From an uncultured bacterium (lineage in GTDB: Bacteria > Verrucomicrobiota > Verrucomicrobiia > Verrucomicrobiales > DEV007): a stretch of DNA of 64,000 bases. How positions within the stretch are numbered: the stretch's first letter is position 1; each line of letters begins with the position of its first letter. A program made the translations under genes and the position numbers. The stretch is from positions 206,649 to 270,648 of the forward strand of contig CAXBMO010000007.1 of NCBI GenBank assembly GCA_963977015.1, in the 5' to 3' direction. Positions 58,497-64,000 of this stretch are shown here, one piece after another. The notes under the pieces are model-generated. The model saw only the letters and a list, made by a program, of their open reading frames with translations, did not search any database and was not told the origin of the DNA.

Positions 58497-59879
58497 ATGC
58501 CAGTCAGTGATCACAACATGCGCATTTCTGAAACAGAAGTGTACTTTTTGCCCGTTTCGATGCGGATGCCCCTCAAATTTGGCAACCAGGTTCTGACTCG
58601 AGTGAAGTGTGCTCGGGCCAGGGTGACGGTGAGCGATGCCAATGGAAAGTCCGCCGAAGGTTGGGGGGAAACTCCGCTGAGCGTTGGCTGGGTTTGGCCT
58701 GCCGCGTTGCCTTACGAGGAGCGGGAACAAGCCCTTGAAGCATTCACTCTTCAATTGGTGGACGAACTTGGCCAGTTTACCCAGACGGGTCACGCCTTCG
58801 AGATTGGGCATGCGTTTATCGAGACGAAGCTGGGAGAATTGCAGAATCGTTTCAATGCCGCCCGACCACCGGAAGCTCATTTGCCACATCTGGCCGCGCT
58901 CGTCTGCTTTTCGGCACTCGATATTGCGTTGCACGATGCCTACGGAAATCTCAACGGCGTTCCGGTCTACCAGACCTACAACTCCGACTATCTGAACAAG
59001 GACCTTTCTCACTATTTGGAACCCGCCTCCGGAACCGATGTGACCTTCAAAGGCCTGTATCCGGCTGATTTTTTCGTGGAGCCAGCGTCCCAACTTCCGG
59101 TTTGGCATTTGGTGGGTGGCCTGGACCCGATCACTCCCGAGGAGTTGACTGGCGAAGAACCGAACGACGACTACCCGGTCCTGTTGCGGGATTGGATCCA
59201 ACGCGATGGATTAAACTGCCTGAAGGTGAAACTCCGCGGCAACGACGAAACCTGGGATTTTGAGCGATTGGTCCGGATTGGCCAGATTTGCGCGGAAGAA
59301 GAAGTCGAATGGCTGACTGCCGACTTCAATTGTGCCGCAACCGATCCCGATTATGTGAATCGCATTCTCGACCGCCTTCGGGATGAGCATCCGCGCGTCT
59401 ATCAGGCGATTCTCTACGTTGAACAGCCTTTTCCTTACGACTTGGAAGCGAATCGGATTGATGTTCACAGCGTGAGCGCCCGCAAACCACTCTTCATGGA
59501 CGAAAGTGCGCATGATTGGAAGTTCGTGCGCATGGGACGCGAGCTGGGTTGGACCGGTGTCGCCCTCAAAACCTGCAAAACCCAGACCGGCGCCCTGCTC
59601 AGTCTGTGTTGGGCCAAGGCACACGGAATGACCCTGATGGTCCAGGATTTGACCAATCCAATGATCGCCCAGATTCCGCACGTGCTTCTCGCAGCTCACG
59701 CAGGCACGATCATGGGCGTCGAAAGCAACGGCATGCAGTTTTATCCGGACGCCTCGTTGCCGGAGCAGGCCGTGCATCCAGGGCTCTATCAACGCCGGGA
59801 AGGCGTGCTGGACCTCTCAACCCTCAGCGGTAGCGGGTTTGGCTATCGCCTGAGCGAAATCGAACGAGAACTGCCATAG
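58497..59879 (+). CDS. Enolase superfamily (mandelate racemase/muconate lactonizing enzyme-like) protein
   Basis: GWGE, LDIALHDAYG, LKVKL (KxK), ADFN, YVEQP, MDESA, ALKTCK. Confidence 0.85.
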   Translation: MPVSDHNMRISETEVYFLPVSMRMPLKFGNQVLTRVKCARARVTVSDANGKSAEGWGETPLSVGWVWPAALPYEEREQALEAFTLQLVDELGQFTQTGHAFEIGHAFIETKLGELQNRFNAARPPEAHLPHLAALVCFSALDIALHDAYGNLNGVPVYQTYNSDYLNKDLSHYLEPASGTDVTFKGLYPADFFVEPASQLPVWHLVGGLDPITPEELTGEEPNDDYPVLLRDWIQRDGLNCLKVKLRGNDETWDFERLVRIGQICAEEEVEWLTADFNCAATDPDYVNRILDRLRDEHPRVYQAILYVEQPFPYDLEANRIDVHSVSARKPLFMDESAHDWKFVRMGRELGWTGVALKTCKTQTGALLSLCWAKAHGMTLMVQDLTNPMIAQIPHVLLAAHAGTIMGVESNGMQFYPDASLPEQAVHPGLYQRREGVLDLSTLSGSGFGYRLSEIERELP

Positions 59880-59894
59880 CCTCCAAAAACAGGC

Positions 59895-60515
59895 TTACTT
59901 CACTTCGACCTGCGCTGGAGCGAGGGGCGGTAATTCCGCTTTTCCAGATTCAATCACCTTCGGGAGATTGATCGAGGCGACCTTCCACCCCTTGTGAACA
60001 AGCGTTCCCTGAAACGGCGCGCTACCACTCAAATTTCCGCTGAGGCGGTAGAGTTCCTTCTCGTACCCGTCGGGCAACGTCACGCTCCCTCCTTCAGCGG
60101 TCGATTCCACCGCATCAACCTTAAGGTGCTCCGACAAGACTCCACTGCATCCCTGATGAACAACGCGCGCCACCGCTCCCAGTTGGGCATCGTCCGCGCC
60201 GCTGATATCCTCCATCAGGAAATCGATGAAACGCCCCTTGTCTTGAAGCATTCCCAAAAACGTGATGACCTCCGCTTCGGCGCTGCCTTTGGCCTGACCT
60301 GGGTCGGGCTTGCTGGGTTCCGCCTCTGGCGCGACCGCGACCGATTCAGCCTTGGATCCGGCAGCCTTGGATGAGAACAAAAAGGCGGCGACACCTCCCG
60401 AAGAAAGAAGGGCCAATACCGAAACGGCGGTTTTTGCACCTCCTTCCGGAAGGAACATGGAAACCAGGACGAAGATCGCTGCGACCACAGCGAGGATGGG
60501 CAAATTCTTGTGCAT
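59895..60515 (-). CDS. DUF2760-domain membrane protein
   Basis: Two N-terminal TMs; LQDKGRFIDFLMEDI, ARVVHQGC, LSGN..G..PF.GTLVHKGW, APAQVEV. Confidence 0.85.
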   Translation of the reverse strand: MHKNLPILAVVAAIFVLVSMFLPEGGAKTAVSVLALLSSGGVAAFLFSSKAAGSKAESVAVAPEAEPSKPDPGQAKGSAEAEVITFLGMLQDKGRFIDFLMEDISGADDAQLGAVARVVHQGCSGVLSEHLKVDAVESTAEGGSVTLPDGYEKELYRLSGNLSGSAPFQGTLVHKGWKVASINLPKVIESGKAELPPLAPAQVEVK

Positions 60516-60611
60516 TGCCCCATTTCTAGGCCAATGACAGTATTTTGCAATCGGACAGAGCGGCAAGTGTCCCTGATCTCAAACGAGATCAGGGTATGAT
60601 TGCCTCAAAAC

Positions 60612-61967
60612 CTAGCCGAGCCCTTCAATTGCCGTCACACCAGGAACGGCAACCGGGTTGGGCTTGTAGGATTCATCCCAAGTCAGCCCGGCCTCATCAG
60701 CATAGAGATCTTCCTGGGCATTCAGCGCCTGATCCCACGTCACCATCTGCCCGGTGTGGGCGGACATCCGTCCCATAATCGCCATCATGGTTGAGTGAAT
60801 CATCCAGTCGCCATCATTGATGTTTTCGCCGGTGCGAATGCTCTTGAACAGTTCGTCGTGCTCGACCTGATACATGTTGGGCTCCGTTTCGTCACGGCGG
60901 AGGCGATGGGACCAGATTTTGTTTCCGTCGTTGTCCTCAATGTAAGGAAATTTTCCGCGACCGATCACGAGCGTTCCCTTGGTCCCGCGGACATAGTCTG
61001 CATTTTCATTGTAACAACCGGGTGCTTTGCGGGAGCCCAGATGACACCACACATTGTTCGGATACTCGTAGGCAATGTGGTAGTGATCAAAAATGTTGCC
61101 GTCGCCAACCTGAGGAGCCGCCAGTCCACCCGTTGCCCGACAGGCAATTGGATTCGTGTCCCCCATCACCCAGCCGATCTTGTCGACGCTATGAACGGCT
61201 TGCTCGACCAATCCGCCACCACCCAACCAGGTGTAGTTGTACCAATTCTTGATCTGCCACTCGATATCGCTCATTCCCGCAGGGCGATCCGCAGGCTTCA
61301 TGTGAGGTTTGGAGTGTCCCGAATAATAGGTCGCATACACGCCGGTGACGTCGCCAATCAACCCTTCCTCCAACACTTTCTGATACGCCAGGGTCCGCGA
61401 CGGCGAATAGCGCCAGCAAAACCCGGCCACGATCGAAATCGGCTTCGACTTCGACATCTCGATCGTCTCCATCACATGCCGAACACCAGCAGCGTCCACC
61501 GCCATGGGTTTCTCGGCGAAAACATGTTTCCCGGCTTCAACCGCGGCACGCAAATGAACGGGGCGAAACCCCGGCGTCGTGGTGAGGAGAACCACGTCGA
61601 CTCCGGAATCCAAAACCTTCTTGTAGGCATCCAAGCCGACAAATTGTCGATCGGAAGGAACACTGACCTTCTCTGCGAGGTTCGGATTCTTGCTCAACGT
61701 GGCCAAGGAAAGGTCAATGCGCTCCTGAAACACATCGCCCATCGCATGAAGCTCGATGTTGTCATCCGCGCTCAACGCCTGCGACGCCGCCCCGGTTCCC
61801 CGGCCACCGCAGCCAATGAATCCCACCTTGATCTTCCTGCCTGGCTCAATTCCCTGACCACGGAGAGTCGGAGCCAGGGCACCAGCCGCGGCAGAGGCGC
61901 CAGCTGCTGCTTTGACAAAGGATCGGCGATTAAAGCCGGAAGATTGGGGGTTTTCGGGGGTAGTCAT
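60612..61967 (-). CDS. Tat-exported Gfo/Idh/MocA-family oxidoreductase
   Basis: NRRSFVK Tat motif; IGCGGRG, GKHVFAEKP, NWY...GG...EQAVH. Confidence 0.9.
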   Translation of the reverse strand: MTTPENPQSSGFNRRSFVKAAAGASAAAGALAPTLRGQGIEPGRKIKVGFIGCGGRGTGAASQALSADDNIELHAMGDVFQERIDLSLATLSKNPNLAEKVSVPSDRQFVGLDAYKKVLDSGVDVVLLTTTPGFRPVHLRAAVEAGKHVFAEKPMAVDAAGVRHVMETIEMSKSKPISIVAGFCWRYSPSRTLAYQKVLEEGLIGDVTGVYATYYSGHSKPHMKPADRPAGMSDIEWQIKNWYNYTWLGGGGLVEQAVHSVDKIGWVMGDTNPIACRATGGLAAPQVGDGNIFDHYHIAYEYPNNVWCHLGSRKAPGCYNENADYVRGTKGTLVIGRGKFPYIEDNDGNKIWSHRLRRDETEPNMYQVEHDELFKSIRTGENINDGDWMIHSTMMAIMGRMSAHTGQMVTWDQALNAQEDLYADEAGLTWDESYKPNPVAVPGVTAIEGLG

Positions 61968-62109
61968 CGTTGGGTTTTTATTGAAAGAGGTGATTTCTGT
62001 AAGATTTCACGTCCGCAAACGCAAGCCCCTATCATGGTGAACTTGGAGCAATCCAGGTTTTCAGCGCGACAACACTTGAAACTCAAATAGAGACGATTGA
62101 AGCTCGCGC

Positions 62110-62397
62110 ATGCCCGAAACGGAATTTGATGTTGGTTATGTTGCGGAACTTTGTCGCCTGGAATTGAGCGATGAAGAGAAAGCCCGTTATCAGGAGCAAC
62201 TTAGCAAGGTGCTCGATTACATGCAGCAGGTTGACGCGATTGACGTGTCAGGAATTGAACCAACCGCTCACGCCAACCCGGTTTTTGACGTGGTGAGAAA
62301 AGATGAGGTTCGCGAATGCCTGGATCGGGATGAAGTGCTTAAAAACGCGCCGCAGAGCGCCTTGGACCAGTTCGCCGTGACCAAAGTGGTCGAATAG
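62110..62397 (+). CDS. gatC: Asp/Glu-tRNA amidotransferase subunit C
   Basis: VAELCRLEL, VSGIEPTAH, VRKD, LKNAP, KVVE. Confidence 0.93.
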   Translation: MPETEFDVGYVAELCRLELSDEEKARYQEQLSKVLDYMQQVDAIDVSGIEPTAHANPVFDVVRKDEVRECLDRDEVLKNAPQSALDQFAVTKVVE

Positions 62398-62421
62398 ACA
62401 GCCTAATTTTGCTCGACAACG

Positions 62422-63864
62422 ATGGATCTTGCCAAACTTACCATTTCTGAACTTCGCTCCCAGTTTCAAAGCGGAGACGCCACCCCCAAAGACGCAATTG
62501 CTGCGATCGAGAAAGCCGTCGACTCGCGCGATGGCGAAGTGGGGGGCTACCTCTCGCTGGATTTCGAAACGGCCCTGAAAGAGGCCGAAAACGCGGACCT
62601 TTCCAAGCCTCTGGGCGGTGTTCCCATTGCGATCAAGGACTTGATCAACGTTCGGGGTCAATCTTGTGGCTGTGCCTCCAAGATGCTGACGGGAACCTAT
62701 GAGTCTCCCTACGATGCGACGGTGATCCGAAAACTTCGGGAAGCGGGAGCAATTCCCTTGGGGCGAACCAATATGGATGAGTTCGCGATGGGTTCTTCGA
62801 CTGAGAATTCCGGAATCCAACCGACCCGCAATCCCTGGGACCTGGAGCGGGCTCCGGGCGGTTCCAGCGGCGGTTCGGCGGCCGTCGTTGCCGCGAATAC
62901 AGCGATTGCCTCGCTCGGCAGCGACACCGGCGGCTCGATTCGTCAGCCGGCGAGTTTCTGCGGATGCGTTGGCCTGAAACCCAGTTATGGCCGGGTGTCC
63001 CGCTATGGATTGGTCGCGTTTGCTTCGAGCCTGGATCAAATCGGTCCAATGACAAAGACGGTTGAGGATTCGGCACTGCTGCTTCAGGCCATTGCGGGTC
63101 ACGACGATCGGGATTCGACCTGCCTGAACGAAACCGTTCCGGATTACGCAAGCGAACTCAAGAAAGACCTCAACGGGCTCAAAATTGGCATGCCCAAGGA
63201 GTATTTCGGCGACGGGATCGACAGCGAAGTCCGCGAGCGTATCGACGCAGCCATGAAACAGCTCGAGTCGCTCGGCGGAGAAATCGTAGAGGTATCGCTT
63301 CCCAACTCAGAACCGGCGATCGCGGTTTACTACATCATCGCAACGGCGGAAGCGTCTGCGAATTTGGCTCGGTTTGACGGCGTTCGCTACGGTCACCGCA
63401 CCTCCAATGTCGAGGATCTTCGCACCCACTATCAGCGCAGTCGAGCTGAGGGATTTGGCGACGAAGTCAAGCGACGCATCATTCTCGGAACCTATGTGCT
63501 GAGCAGCGGATATACCGACCAGTATTACACTCGTGCCCAAAAAGTCAGAACCCTGATTCGGCAGGACTTTGAGAAGGCGTTTGAGAAAGTCGATGTGCTG
63601 GTTTCGCCAACGTCACCAACCCCTGCCTTCAAAATCGGCGAAAAGACCAACGACCCGCTCCAGATGTATCTGGCGGATATTTTCACGATTGCAGCCAACC
63701 TGGCCGGAATTTGCGGGATCAGCGTGCCGTGCGGAATGGTGAATGGCCTTCCGGTCGGACTTCAGATTCTCGGCAAAGCCTTTGGGGAAGCGGACGTTCT
63801 GAAGACCGCACACGCCTACGAGCAGAGCACCGACTGGCACAAAAGCTGGCCAGATCTCGGCTGA
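62422..63864 (+). CDS. gatA: Asp/Glu-tRNA amidotransferase subunit A
   Basis: [62 protein letters not shown]. Confidence 0.96.
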   Translation: MDLAKLTISELRSQFQSGDATPKDAIAAIEKAVDSRDGEVGGYLSLDFETALKEAENADLSKPLGGVPIAIKDLINVRGQSCGCASKMLTGTYESPYDATVIRKLREAGAIPLGRTNMDEFAMGSSTENSGIQPTRNPWDLERAPGGSSGGSAAVVAANTAIASLGSDTGGSIRQPASFCGCVGLKPSYGRVSRYGLVAFASSLDQIGPMTKTVEDSALLLQAIAGHDDRDSTCLNETVPDYASELKKDLNGLKIGMPKEYFGDGIDSEVRERIDAAMKQLESLGGEIVEVSLPNSEPAIAVYYIIATAEASANLARFDGVRYGHRTSNVEDLRTHYQRSRAEGFGDEVKRRIILGTYVLSSGYTDQYYTRAQKVRTLIRQDFEKAFEKVDVLVSPTSPTPAFKIGEKTNDPLQMYLADIFTIAANLAGICGISVPCGMVNGLPVGLQILGKAFGEADVLKTAHAYEQSTDWHKSWPDLG

Positions 63865-63879
63865 TTCTCAGCCAGGAAC

Positions 63880-64000
63880 TCAGGTCGTTGCGATTTCTGG
63901 TTTATCGCTGGAATCCGTCTTTGGATTGGCGTCGGCGGCGGGCTCCGTTTCGGTGGCGGGTTCCGTTTCGGCGGCGGGTTCCGTTTCGGCGGCGGGTTCC
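63880..64000 (-). CDS. 3' end of a CDS entering from the right edge (acidic Pro/Ala-rich tail)
   Basis: Minus-strand frame reads EPAAETEPAAETEPATETEPAADANPKTDSSDKPEIATT then TGA at 63880-63882. Confidence 0.6.
   Translation of the reverse strand, partial: EPAAETEPAAETEPATETEPAADANPKTDSSDKPEIATT
63934..64000. repeat. 18-bp tandem repeat, at least 3.7 copies, truncated by the window edge
   Basis: Unit GGCGGCGGGTTCCGTTTC at 63934, 63952, 63970 and 63988 (partial); encodes ETEPAA on the minus strand. Confidence 0.9.

Noticed and set aside
62110-63864. gatCA without gatB
   Set aside because: Split gatCAB arrangements are common.
63934-64000. Repeat as a possible CRISPR array
   Set aside because: Contiguous 18-bp units with no spacers, in frame with a coding tail; no cas genes in the window.

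Overview
64-kb bacterial chromosomal window, probably from the PVC superphylum and most likely Verrucomicrobia. This is inferred from DUF1592/DUF1552 and DUF1549/DUF1553 proteins, a sulfatase, ECF sigma/FecR-like pairs and a permease-DtxR fusion. Conventional content: a Mn/Fe/Zn (Tro-type) ABC operon, hflKC, hisH, gyrA, gatCA and assorted enzymes. I saw no rRNA, tRNA, CRISPR array, transposase or integrase. Four loci stand out. (1) 43040-45999 is a three-gene operon of two different divergent Ku-like proteins and an ATP-dependent DNA ligase with a WGR-like C-terminus, a candidate heterodimeric-Ku end-joining system. (2) 12574-18169 is an ECF sigma coupled to a thioester-intact alpha-2-macroglobulin with an anti-sigma-like N-terminus and about six transmembrane helices in the bait-region position. 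(3) 24627-33823 holds non-canonical TrpA-like and TrpF-like genes, a PRTase-like unknown, a MATE exporter and polyamine-related genes. (4) 20658-22482 is a lipoprotein amidase followed by two paralogous secreted unknowns. All family calls come from motif recognition by eye; no searches were run.
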